Assembly (NCBI GenBank): GCA_013265495.1
Contig: MU058221.1
Location: 3,348,001-3,412,000 of the forward strand
DNA length: 64,000 nt
Source: Vicugna vicugna
Taxonomy: Eukaryota
Direction of reading: 5' to 3'
Below, piece after piece: positions 52,960 through 64,000 of this stretch (positions are counted from its first letter, which is position 1; the number at the start of each line of letters is the position of its first letter). The position numbers were made by a program, and so were the translations under genes. Below the pieces are notes generated by a model, which was not told the origin of the DNA, did no database searches, and was given only the letters and a program-made list of their open reading frames with translations.

Positions 52960-53060
52960 TTAGAAAGAGCTCTGGGCTTGAAGTCAGATGACCTGTATTC
53001 AGCTGCGCACTGCAGCCTTAGATCAGACCCCTCATGTCTGCAGCTTCCTCTTCCCTGCTC
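52960..53060 (+). mobile_element. MIR SINE fragment
   Basis: tagaaagagctctgggcttgaagtcagatgacctg...cagcttcctc. Confidence 0.55.
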
Positions 53061-54529
53061 ATCCCTCTGGAATGATTCTGCAGATGGGTGTCTCCACGTT
53101 AGCACACACTTTGAGTTTTAAAATGGCAGAACTTGTTTTCTTCCTACAGAGGAATGCTGCTATAGATCATGATAAAAAAGAAAACAATTACATGTACAGC
53201 CAACCATGGAAATGGTCAGAAATACATCTTAATTCCCTGGGTTTCTCTTCAGCCAATGTGACGGTGGCGTCTTTTGTCACCTCCTGTCTTGGAACTCGAC
53301 CCTTCTGCACCGCCGGCCCCACGCTGGAGGCAAGCGGAAAACTTCCACCGAATTTGGTGTCCGTACTTAAAAACAACCAACCAACCAACTCTGGTCTTTC
53401 AGATAATATTAGTCACTTCTTTTTACTTAAGTTCAATGTCTCATGTTACTAAGCTTTTTCTGTCCGGTTTTCCTGTCTCACCGGTGATAACGTTCCCCGC
53501 TCCTCTACTGAGTTAGAAGAGGAATGGCAGATATTCACACAGGGCACAATGTTTACGTGCCCGCGGACACGTGGAGACACAACGCGTGTTATTCAATGCT
53601 ATTTTGGGATCAATCAGATTTAAAATAGGTTCTCTATAATGTCCAAACAGTTAAAAAAAAAAAGTAAAAATAAAATAAATAAAATTAATGAACCAATGAG
53701 AGGACTCCTATAGCTGACGACAGGGAAAGTTTTCTTGGCTCCTAATTCTAACGGGATTTTTTTGTCTTCTCCTTCCCCTTAATGACTGAAGTATAATTTT
53801 CAGCAAGTGGCACAGTAGACTCATAGGTATCTGACTGCCGTTTGGCCTCTGTCTCTGTATCTTCAGCTCTAACTCTGTCTAGTTTGCCTTCTGTCCTCCT
53901 CCCACATCTGCACCCACATTCGTTCCTCTCACATACCTTTATAACCACCGAGTCATTCCACTGGGTATTTTATACAATATATAGCCTTCAGTATTATATT
54001 TTTGGCTTAACTTACAGAAAGAATATTGTGTTACAAATCTTGTCTTCTTACTTTACTCTTTCAGTATCTTTTAAAAAATTGTATCTACGCTAGTCTGTGT
54101 CTACCAGGCTCGTTCCTCAATTCCCTTCCACAAAATTCCACCCCATGTATTCCCAAATCCTACTCTCTACTCCACAGTGGCAGGCATCTCGACTGCCTCC
54201 AATCCCTTGCTATATTCGGTACAGAACCCTTGCCTGCAAATATCCCTCACATAGTATGTGAAAGTGTTGACTGGGAACACATCCAAGCTGGGGACTTCTC
54301 TACCATGGGGTCCACATGCTCCTCATATCACAAAATCTCCCCAGATATCACCACCATCAGTGGTAAACAACTGTCCTGTTGGTCCAAATTCTTGCCAACC
54401 GTTGATTTCATTGAACTTTCTGAAGCTTGTCTCTAATGTGTGTATGGTAGTATCTCACGATCATTCTGACTCACATTCACGCAATGATCAATTAACTTGA
54501 ATGTTTTATATTTTTCGTGCCCAGAACTA

Positions 54530-56655
54530 ATTTTTAAAGACTATATTTTACAGCAGTTTTCAATTTACAATAAAATTGAGATACATGTACAGGGATTTTT
54601 CTGAATACTCCCTGCCCCGACACATGCACAGCCTCTCCCGTTATCAGCATTCCCCCACCAGTGGTACTTTATTTTTTTACCAAGGATGAAACTACATTGT
54701 CACATCATATCACCCAAAGTCTTCAGTTTGGATTATGGTTCATCATGGTTCACTTTTGCTTTTGTAAACTTCATGAGTTTGGACAGATGTATAATGGTAT
54801 ATATTCATATAATATCATGCAGACTATTCTCACTGTCTTAACAGTCCCTCCCCAACCCCTCCCCCACACCTGACAACCACTGATCTTTTCATTGTCTCCA
54901 TAGTTTAGCTTCTCCCAGAATGTCAGAGAGTGGGAATCATACAGTATGCAGCCTTTCCAAATTGACATCTTTCACTTATTATTATGCACCTAAGGTTCCT
55001 CTATGTCTTCTCATGGCTTGATACCTCATCTCTTTTCTTTTTTGGGGGGAGGGTAATTAGGTTTATTTATTTGTTTATTTATTTGAATGGAGGCACTGGG
55101 GATTGAACGCAGGATCCTGTGCAAGCTAAGCACGCACTCTACCCCAGAGCTACACTCTCCCCTACTCATCTCTTTTCAGTGCTGAGTAGTATTCCATCGC
55201 CTGGATGTACCATGCTTTATTTAGTAATTCACCCAAATGAAGGACATTTTAGTTGCCTCCATGTTTTGGCAATTATGAATAAACATGCTATAACATGCAT
55301 GTGTAGATTTTTGTGTGGACATAAGTTTTCAACTCCTTTGAGTAAACACCAAGGAGAGTATTGCTGGATCATATGGTAAGAGGTATGTGGTTTTGTTAAA
55401 AAAAAAAGGCAAACTGTCTTCCAAAGTGGCCACATACCATTCTGCGTTCCCACCAGCAGTGAATGAGCTTTCCTGTTGCTCCACACCCTCAGCAGCATTT
55501 GGTATTACCAGCGTGCTGAATTCTGGCCATTCTAGTAAGTGTGTGGTGGCTTCTTATTGTTTTAACTTGCATCTTCCTAATGGCGCATGCTGCAGAAGAC
55601 CTTTTTGCCACCTCATTTGTCATCTGTATATCTTCTTTGATGTGGTGTCTGCTAAAGGCTTTTGAAACAGAGTTGTTTGTTTTCTTAGTGTGGAGTTTTA
55701 AGAGTTCTTTGTGTATTTTGGATGAGTCTTTCTTCAGATGTGTCTTTTCCAAATATGTTCTCCCAGTCTTTATCTTGTCTCCTAATAGAATGGGAGCTTT
55801 TATTTTTAATAACCATATTATCAATTATTTATTTCCTGGACCTTGCTTTTGGTGTTGTATCTAAAAAGGCATCACAACAGCCAAGGCCATCTAGGTTTTC
55901 CACAATGTTATTTTCTAGGAGTTTTACATGTTTCCATTTTGAAATGTGTTCTATTTTTAATTAATTTTTGGGATGGGTGTAAGGTGTGCATCTTGATCCA
56001 CTTTGTTTGCATGCAATGTCTGGTTGTTCTAGCATGATTTGTTCAAAGGACTATATTTGCTTCATCATATTGCCTTTACTCCTCTGCCAAAGATCAACTG
56101 GCTTTATTTATGATGGCCTATTTCTGGGATCTCTATTCTATTCCATTGTTCTGTCTGTCTATTATTTTGCCAATGCCAATTTTCACCCTGTCTTGACTAC
56201 TGTAGCTTTATAGTAAGTCTTGAAGTTCGGTAGCATCAATCCTCCAACCTTGTTCTTGTCATTCAATACTGTATTGGCTCTTCTGGGTCTCTTGTCTCTC
56301 CATGTAAATTTTAGAACCAGTTTGTCAATATCCATCCACAAGATCATTTGCTGGGATTTTTACTGGGATTTTATTAAATCTATGGATCATGTTGAGAACT
56401 GACCTCTTGACAATACTGAGTTTCCTTTACCAAGAACACAAGACATCCCCCCCTCCCATTTATTTATTTCTTCTTTGATTTCACACATCAGAATTTTGTA
56501 GTTTTCTTTATAAAGATATTATATGTATTTTGTTATATTTGTGCCTAAATATTTCAATTTGGGGGAAGTGCTAACATAAATGGCATTGTGTTTTTAATTT
56601 CCAATTCCATTTGTAAATTATTGGTATATAGAAAAGCAAGTGACTTTTGTACCCT
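54530..56655 (-). mobile_element. Old L1 (L1MC1-like) 3' UTR and ORF2 3' part, interrupted by a SINE
   Basis: Reverse L1MC1-type 3' end (acagcagttttcaatttaca...cacatgcacagcctctcccgttatcagcat). ORFs 55229-55498(-) and 55489-55824(-) translate to L1 ORF2-like peptides (CPHKNLHMHVIACLFIIAKTWRQLKCP). Confidence 0.9.
55038..55162 (-). mobile_element. tRNA-derived SINE (camelid vic-1 type) with TSD
   Basis: Same structure as the 24389-24536 copy; perfect 13-bp TSD CTCATCTCTTTTC at 55025-55037 and 55165-55177. Confidence 0.9.
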
Positions 56656-56717
56656 CAAATGAGAGCACAGATCTAAGCATCACTTAAAATAATGAACAGA
56701 CTAAATCTGCTTGTTTG

Positions 56718-57805
56718 AGCTTCTGCATAGCAAAGGAAACTGTAAGTAAAACAAAATGACAACCTATGGAATGGGAGAAAATTTTTGCAAATGAAACCAA
56801 CAAAGGCTTGATCTTCAGAATATACAAGCAGCTCATATGACTTAATAAGAAAAAAACAAGCAACCCAATCCAAAAATGGGCAGAAGACCTAAACAAGCAA
56901 TTCTCCAAACAAGACATACAAATGATCAATAGGCACATGAAAAAATGCTCAATGTCACTAATTATCAGAGAAATGCAAATCAAAACTACAATGAGGTATC
57001 ACCTCACATCAGTCAGAATGGCCATGATTCAAAAGTCCACAAATGACAAATACTGGAGAGGCTGTGGAGAGAAGGAGACCCTCCTACACTGCTGGTGGGA
57101 ATGCAGTTTGGTGCAGCCACTGTGGAAAACAGTATGGAGATTCCGCAAAAGACTAGGAATAGACTTATCATATGACCCAGGAATCCCGCTCCTGGGCATA
57201 TATCCGGAAGGAATCCTACTTCAAAATGACACCTGCACCCCAATGTTCATAGCAGCACTGTTTACAATAGCCAAGACATGGAAGCAGCCTAGATGTGCAT
57301 TAACAGATGACTGGATTAAGAAGATGTGGTATATTTATACAATGGAATACTACTCAGCCATAAAAACCAACAACATAATGCCATTTGCAGCAACATGGAT
57401 GCTCCTAGAGAATGTCATTCTAAGTGAAGTAAGACAGAAAGAGAAAGAAAAATACCATATGAGATCGCTCATATGAGGAATCTAAAAAAAGAAACAAAAA
57501 ACAAAAAACATAAATACAAAACAGAAACAGACTCATAGACATAGAATATAAACTCGTGGTTGCCGAGGGGGTGGGAGGGGGTGGGAAACGACAGACTGGG
57601 AGTTCAAAACGTAGACTAGATAAACAAGATTGTACTGTGTAGCACAGGGAAGTATATACAGGATCTTGTGGTGGCTCACAGCGAAAGAGAATGTGACAAT
57701 GAATGCATGTGTGTTCATGTATAACTGAAAAACTGTGCTCTACACTAGAACTTGTTACAACATTGTAAAATGACTATAACTCAATAAAAAAAAAGTTTTA
57801 AAAAA
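56718..57805 (+). mobile_element. Relatively young 5'-truncated L1 (~1.1 kb)
   Basis: L1 ORF2 C-terminal region, 3' UTR, AATAAA and A tail; TSD core GCTTGTTTG at 56709-56717 and 57811-57819. Confidence 0.95.
56922..57476 (+). pseudogene. L1 ORF2p C-terminal remnant (184 open codons, cysteine-rich zinc-knuckle region)
   Basis: [24 protein letters not shown]...[17 protein letters not shown]...[21 protein letters not shown]...[13 protein letters not shown]. Lacks the endonuclease and RT domains. Confidence 0.9.
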
Positions 57806-59103
57806 CCCCGGCTTGTTTGGATAGCTGATTGCTAGAGTTGCTGGCATTTGCACATCCACTGTCCAATCTGTTGTGCTGTTGTTCGACTGGCCTAGTGGTT
57901 GTTACAGTTGCTACTTTTTCATTAACTATGCCAAAACCCATAAAATAATTACAAAATAAACAGAGCTGAAACTTAATCTGAGCTATAAAAACAAATATGA
58001 AAAAATAAGATATTTGAAACTATAATCTAAGGCAAACCAAAGTCACGTAATTTCTAAAAAAATATTTTTCTCACAAAACATAGCTGATCAAGTTATTTTT
58101 AGAAGGCAGAACATAAGTAAAAGAGTTTTAAGTTTTAGCCCTGAATACTGCTTTCCAGTGGTCAATAAATAAAGTTATCCCTTTGGACTTTCTGACCATA
58201 AGCTATTTTTTTTCCAATTTAATAATCTCTAAACTCTTGAAAAGCTTAATTTACCACTTCCCCTGGTGATTCCACAGCATGTAAGGCTGTACTCAAATTT
58301 TAAGTCTTTTCAGCCTGATATTCCTCTTAGGCAGGAGTTCTAAAGAAGGAAAAATATACATCTCAAGAACCAATAGGGTCATATCCACACGATGCCAAAA
58401 TAATATACTGATTTTTAAACTCTTAGTGGAGAGTCTGTCAATCTGGATTTTAGCATCAAGTTAAACCCAGGAAAATGCTTAAAACTTAGGGGAAACACGA
58501 CAGTACTATTAACTATTTGAAAAACTCTCAACTACAAAAATTTGGCTTTTTATGAATTGCCTCAAAGGAAAGAACTAGAAACAGACAGTCAAATTTTAGC
58601 TTAATTTAATAAATGATGTTCTAAACAGGGTGACTCAAATGACAGGGAGTCTGTTATAAAAGTTAAGCTAACCCTGGAACCTCAGCATTAGGACATTAAA
58701 AGGAGAAGAAAGTGGTGACTGGAAAATAAATGAAAACAAATATTTTGTCATTTTGTTTCTGGAGAGGTAAAGGGTTAGAAGGAATTAGATCTTGTTTAAA
58801 ATCACATACAATGCCATGATCTCCATGTTTTTCTTAAAAATATTAAGATACCAGTGCCCTCTGCTTTGTTCTCTCTTCTCTTCTCAGTGTATCCCATGCT
58901 TATATTATAAATCTGAAATTGAATACACAAATAAAGTTCTTTAAAAATATGTGCATTTTTACCAAGATGGAAGTTTTACAAGGAATTAAGATAGTGTAAT
59001 GTTGAAATTTCTGGCATTGTTCACTGAGATTAAAACTATTAGAGGAGCCCAAATGCCCAGAAGTAAAGCTTCGCATGTGTTAATAACGAAAGCACCCTTG
59101 TAA

Positions 59104-59299
59104 TTGTAGAACAGATAAACAAGATTACTCTGTATAGCACAGGGAAATATACACAAAATGTTATGATAACTCACAGAAAAAAAAATGTGACAATGAGTGT
59201 GTATATGTCCATGAATGACTGAAAAATTGTGCTGAACACTGGAATTTGACACAACATTGTAAAATGATTATAAATCAATAAAAAATGTTAAAAAAAAAA
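59104..59299 (+). mobile_element. Young 5'-truncated L1 3' UTR with perfect 16-bp TSD
   Basis: GAAAGCACCCTTGTAA at 59088-59103 and 59300-59315 flanks an L1 3' UTR with AATAAA and A tail. Confidence 0.95.
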
Positions 59300-61564
59300 G
59301 AAAGCACCCTTGTAAATTTTAACAATGTATCCCCAGTGAAATTGTATCTGTCCCATTGGGGCATGCTTGCCTACTCCCTCCTGAACACATGCAAGCTAGC
59401 ACACACACACTCACATCTCACTCTCAAAGAAATTCTGTTCTTTGTGCCCAATATACAGCCATAAAGGAATCAAAAACAATTTCTGAACCACAACTGCCTG
59501 CTTCAATTTCTCAGTTTCAGGACTTCTCGAGGAATCAGTATATACCCTTCATCCAGACTTCTCCGAAAAAATGTGTGAGTCATGTCAAAACCTTGACTGT
59601 ATCCAAATTTAAGATCCATCATTAATTTTCAAATATTGCTGCTTCTGGAAGGCCTTCTACCTAATTTTTGGTTTCCTTTGGCTCTGTGGTGACTTGCCCC
59701 TTAATGTGATTTTGTTTCCAGGAAATCTAGTAACAGAAAACTAGAAAATTAGTTCATTTATGTACAGTAGTTTTGAGTCGCCTTTATCTGTTTTCTGGTG
59801 TTAAATCTTGACAACAAGCTTTTGCTTAATGGCCTCAGAATACCGTCCTGAAAGTGTTTAGGAAACAACTTTAGCTAAAAGGGGAGCTAATGTGAATTTG
59901 CGGGAGAGGGCTTGATGAAAGTAGGTCTCAGGTACTTTAAAAAATGTCACGACCAATAAGAGCCAAGGCAACCTGAACCTAGGGAAAGATCCAAACCCAA
60001 CAGGCATGTAATCGAAGGGCAAGAAAAAATATAGGCTTTGGAATGTTAGACGTTGATAAGACAGCCAAGGTCCAACTCAAGAAAACCATCAGGAAGAAAA
60101 ACAAAGCACATACAATAAATCCAGAACCTAACCTGCAGAAAAGAACTTGAACACACAGGTTAGAATCCAGGATGCGAACATTTGACCACATGTAGAGAAG
60201 AGGCTTCTTTTCAGGACTGGTTTATGGAATGAGAGGAAACGGACGAAAGAATCTGGATTCCTAAGAGGGACCTGCATAAAGAGATGGTGGTGAGATCTGG
60301 CACCCACGTGGGGGAAGCAGCGAAGACCTCCAGCAGACATTTCTCAAAGGGCTCAGTGCAGCTGCCCAGGAGGACTTTCTAATCAAATGCACTCCCAGTG
60401 TGGGCCAATCACCACCCCTAGCTCCCTGAACGGAAGGCTGGCTGCAGGTGCCTGGTGCCCCTTTGACAGGCACAGGATGGACCTTCAAAGAGGAAATAAT
60501 GTGTGTTCTCTTTGTGCTACTTAATACAGACATTTCTCCCACAGTACTTACAGACTTATTTTCCTTACATACACATTATTATAAAGCATGTTTTTTGCTC
60601 TGTGTACTGAGAGTAACTGTAGCTTTAATAATCTGTTCATTTGTAGCTTGTACAATCAACCTCATATAATTAAAAGGGGACAAAGCTTAAGGTTCCTCAG
60701 TGAGCCTTCCTACGTGGTTCACCAGGTCTACGGACTGGGAGGAATAAAATTTCCGTTAACCAACACCGCTTCGCTTCCCCAGCAGCAGGGAAGTTCTAAC
60801 CGCTCAGTGGCTAGGAATCATTTGAGATTTAGTCACAAAATCAATGAGACACAGATTCCATCTCTTTTTTTCCTAAGACTAATGTTGCCATGATCATCCT
60901 TTTAAATTTTTAAGCATTATCTAAATGACCATCTACTCAAAAAAAGCCGTGGTCAGAAGCCTACAATCCTTAAAATTTTAGGATGTATTAATCAACATAG
61001 TATCTTTGGGGGAAGACTATTTTGAGACTGGAACTGCAAAATCTGGGACTATAACAGGTTAGAAATGGACAGGAAAGAAAAAAATTATGGATTAAACTTA
61101 TTTTGAAAAAAAAAAAAATCCAGTTTTTGCTGGCTCCCTTGGTAGCCATGACTTTGGCTCCAAAACAGAGTCACTTATAAGCATCACTACATTGTCCTGC
61201 TGTCACGCTCCGTCCCTCAATTGCATGAGTCCAGCGACCCCTGTTGGGGATGGATGGACCTGAACAGGCGATGATGAAAGGCTGAATCCAAATGATCTTC
61301 TTCTCATTTTGTTACTGTTGGTTCTGTTGCCAGGAGATGGTCTAGGGAGCGGGCATCATTGTGGTTCTGATTTCTAGCAGTGATGTTTTTCCCTCCCTTC
61401 ACCCAGAATCTACATTTTAGAGTCATCCTGCCATCTTCCTGCTCCTCTCGCCACATGACAGCAACATTATATTTTTTTGTACTCCTTTGATAACATCTCT
61501 CGTATGTCTCCCTTTCTCGCCACACCAAATAATAGAAATAATAATAATTTTAAATTCATATTAA

Positions 61565-61780
61565 TAATTAACTACCGAGCACTTGTTAATTGCCAGGCAC
61601 CTTGTTAAGTAGCTCACATGTGTTGTCTCAAGGAACCATCACAGTTACGTTGGCACTGTCTGCATTTTACTAGGAAGGAAAATGAAGCTCAGAATAGTTA
61701 AACCAACTGCTCCACGTCATGTAGCAAGAAAACAGATTAGGATCTGAATCAAGGAAAGCATGAGTTTTGAGCACTGCTCC
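61565..61780 (-). mobile_element. MIR SINE
   Basis: ccgagcacttg...tgccaggcac...cattttactaggaaggaaaatgaagctcagaatagttaa...ggatctgaatcaagg. Confidence 0.75.
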
Positions 61781-62859
61781 ACGCATCCACTTTCTAGGTC
61801 ACACCTTCTGCAGACACTAACCGCCATCTGATTTAATGCTGCTAATATGCAACTCCAACCGTATCACTTTCCTCTCCATGGACTGTTCCCATTTACGGCA
61901 GTGATTTGTGCTGTGGGCTCTGGCAGCTGACTGGCTAGATCTGAAACTTTGTTCAAGTACATCAAAGCCCCTGATGCCCTCTTTGTTGGATTTTAAGCTC
62001 TTTAAGCACCGAGTCCTACTGATCCACATATTTGTGATAAGTTCCCGGTTCATAGTTGGATGAACAGTACTCACTTTGCAAACATTTATAGTAATGAGCT
62101 TAACTGAATAGAGATGAATTTTTTAAAAAAAAAATACAATCTTGTTACATAAAAGAGGTTAACGTGGCCACTTTTTTGGAATACCGATGACATTAATGAG
62201 ATAAGAGCATTAAGCTCTTTGTTGAAAGGCCTAAGAGAAGAATACAGACAAAAGATCTCACACTGACCCAGTCAAATCATCACAAAGACGCAAGTAAGGT
62301 CAATCCCTAACTTTGCTGTGAAGGAATATAGTTGGTTGGATAACTTCAGTGAGCCCCTGGGTCCTAATCAAGACCCTCATTCTAGAAAGACAGTCTCCAT
62401 TTGAATACCTGTCTTTCAGCACGCTCTCATTCTGGGCTAAGTCTCATAGCTCCTCTTCAGTCTAGTTTATGACTTCTAGGATTTTTTAAATCATAAAATC
62501 TATTTTAAGTCTTCCAGAACTTCCTCTATTTTTGACTTCTGGCAGTAAAGGAGCAACTGTCTTCTCCCTTTGCACCAACAAAACTAGAAATTCTACTTAA
62601 GAACCAGGGATCGTGGACATAGCCCTGCTTCATTGATGTGTCACACGGGGCTACCATTAACACTTCTGAGACTGAGAAATCCCATAGCATATAAGCTGGA
62701 TAATTTATTTCTCTCATACAAAGTGTAGGGCAAATTATTTCTTAAGAGAAATCTACTTTATATTCAAGAATGCATGATTGTTCTTGGAGTCTTACAAATG
62801 TTGAAATAATTTGAATCTGCAAGGGGAGGGGGTTGGGAACATATCTGTAGACTACTTAA

Positions 62860-63070
62860 ATCCAGGGCACTGAAATTGGACTGCTTCAGCTAAAATCACA
62901 ACTACCATTTACAATCTGCGATACTGAAAAACATGCTTCATTTCTTGGTTCCTCCATCTGTAATAGGTAACTAATAAAAGCATTCGTGTGATAAAACTGT
63001 TTTGAAGATTCATGAGAAATTAATCGTGAGCAGTATCTCCCAACACGTAAAAAGTAGGCAACAGCACATG
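62860..63070 (+). mobile_element. MIR SINE
   Basis: ctaccatttacaatctgcga...ttggttcctccatctgtaa...tgttttgaagattcatgaga. Confidence 0.6.
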
Positions 63071-63364
63071 TTTAACATCACATGTTGAAGTTTGTTTCTG
63101 TTCTTATGAAAAAGAATTACCATGTTGTTCATCTGAGCTTGACTCTACACAGAGTGAGGCTGAGACACTTCTAACAGGGTTTTCAAGCAGAGGAATAAAA
63201 TCTCTGCCTTCTGTGACCTGTGCTAGTATAAGGCACTGGTTAGCTCAAGTTGTCTAGAGAAAGCATCCGAACAAGAGGAAAGATGTAGCTCACACAGAAG
63301 CTTACAGTGAAGCGTCTTTGGGATAAATCACTTATTAAGATATATGTATATGGACACATACATA

Positions 63365-63945
63365 TATGTATTGAGCACCTCCATGTGCCAAGTTTTACAC
63401 AAGATGCTGCGGGATTCTAGATCAGCTATTAAACCATCCACGTTAGCACACTCAAGGAACATACAGGGGAACAAGCAAGAAAGCAACCATAACACAATGG
63501 AACAAGTGCCCTAAATATGTAAATACAAGCTCTGTAGAAAATGAAGTCCCTGTTATTTTCAGAGAAAGTGAGAATGATCTGCAGGGAAGGAGACATTGTC
63601 TATGCAAACTGACGCTTGAGAGCAAGTTTGTCAGGCAAATAAAAGGAAACAGCATGAGCAGAGAAAACAGAAAGAAAAGGCGAGGGCTCTCTGGAGATTC
63701 AGAAATGGTTTGGTTTGACTAATATACAGTACGTGGTGGATGGAGTCCAAGGGCTTGAGCAGGAGGAACAGGGGGAGAGGCTGAAACTAGCCCCTGGGAT
63801 TCATTATTAGAGATCGTACGTGGAAAGAGGCCTGTTCTGAATTCTGCCTGAGGATTGCAGGCAAGGGGCTGATATTCTCAGCATCCACAAGCGACTTTCG
63901 CTGGCTAAGTGCAGGAAGTGTGGGTGTGGGAGGAGAACAGAGCGT
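63365..63945 (-). mobile_element. L2 LINE fragments
   Basis: tattgagcacctccatgtgcca (reverse L2 3' end) and purine-rich ggaaacagcatgagcagaga...gaggctgaaac. Confidence 0.55.
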
Positions 63946-63957
63946 GCAGTTCTAGAG

Positions 63958-64000
63958 CAGCTGTTCTCCAAATGTGGTCCCTGGACCAGAAGTATTAGCA
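63958..64000. mobile_element. MER5A-like terminus (cut by the window edge)
   Basis: cagctgttctccaaatgtggtccctggaccagaagtattagca. Confidence 0.7.

Noticed and set aside
52988..53452. 154-aa plus-strand ORF with an internal acceptor-like site
   Set aside because: Starts within a MIR, has no recognisable homology and no good downstream donor.
54530..57805. A single twin-primed (5'-inverted) L1
   Set aside because: Each half has its own 3' UTR of a different type and age, the halves overlap in ORF2 coordinates, and the plus-strand copy has its own TSD core.
1..64000. The many short six-frame ORFs as genes, and prokaryotic-type systems (operons, CRISPR, defence islands)
   Set aside because: The sequence is repeat-rich mammalian DNA. 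The ORFs are short, overlapping and low-complexity or LINE-derived, and no regularly spaced repeat-spacer array was seen.

Overview
This window is mammalian nuclear DNA, not prokaryotic. It is most likely camelid (alpaca/camel), because it carries two tRNA-derived SINEs of the Tylopoda vic-1 type and I saw no Alu, B1/B2, Bov-tA or PRE-1. It looks like a large intron or intergenic interval, and I recognise no cellular protein-coding exon. The ORFs with recognisable homology are LINE-derived (L1 ORF2 3' end, CR1/L3 ORF2 3' end); the rest look like chance ORFs. Supported features are mostly transposable elements: L3/CR1, L2, MIR, old L1M fragments, young 5'-truncated L1s with target-site duplications (TSDs), MLT1A, an ERV1-like LTR cluster, MER82, MER53, MER5 and a hAT-Blackjack-like MITE. 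The most interesting unexplained signals are (i) an L1 whose CpG-rich 5'UTR is joined directly to its 3' end, (ii) two adjacent hairpins at 2905-3015 in unique sequence, and (iii) several short minus-strand segments with good splice signals that may be UTR or micro-exons of an unidentified minus-strand gene. Repeat family names come from remembered consensus sequences and were not confirmed by search. Boundaries of old elements are approximate. I found no evidence of a novel multi-gene system.
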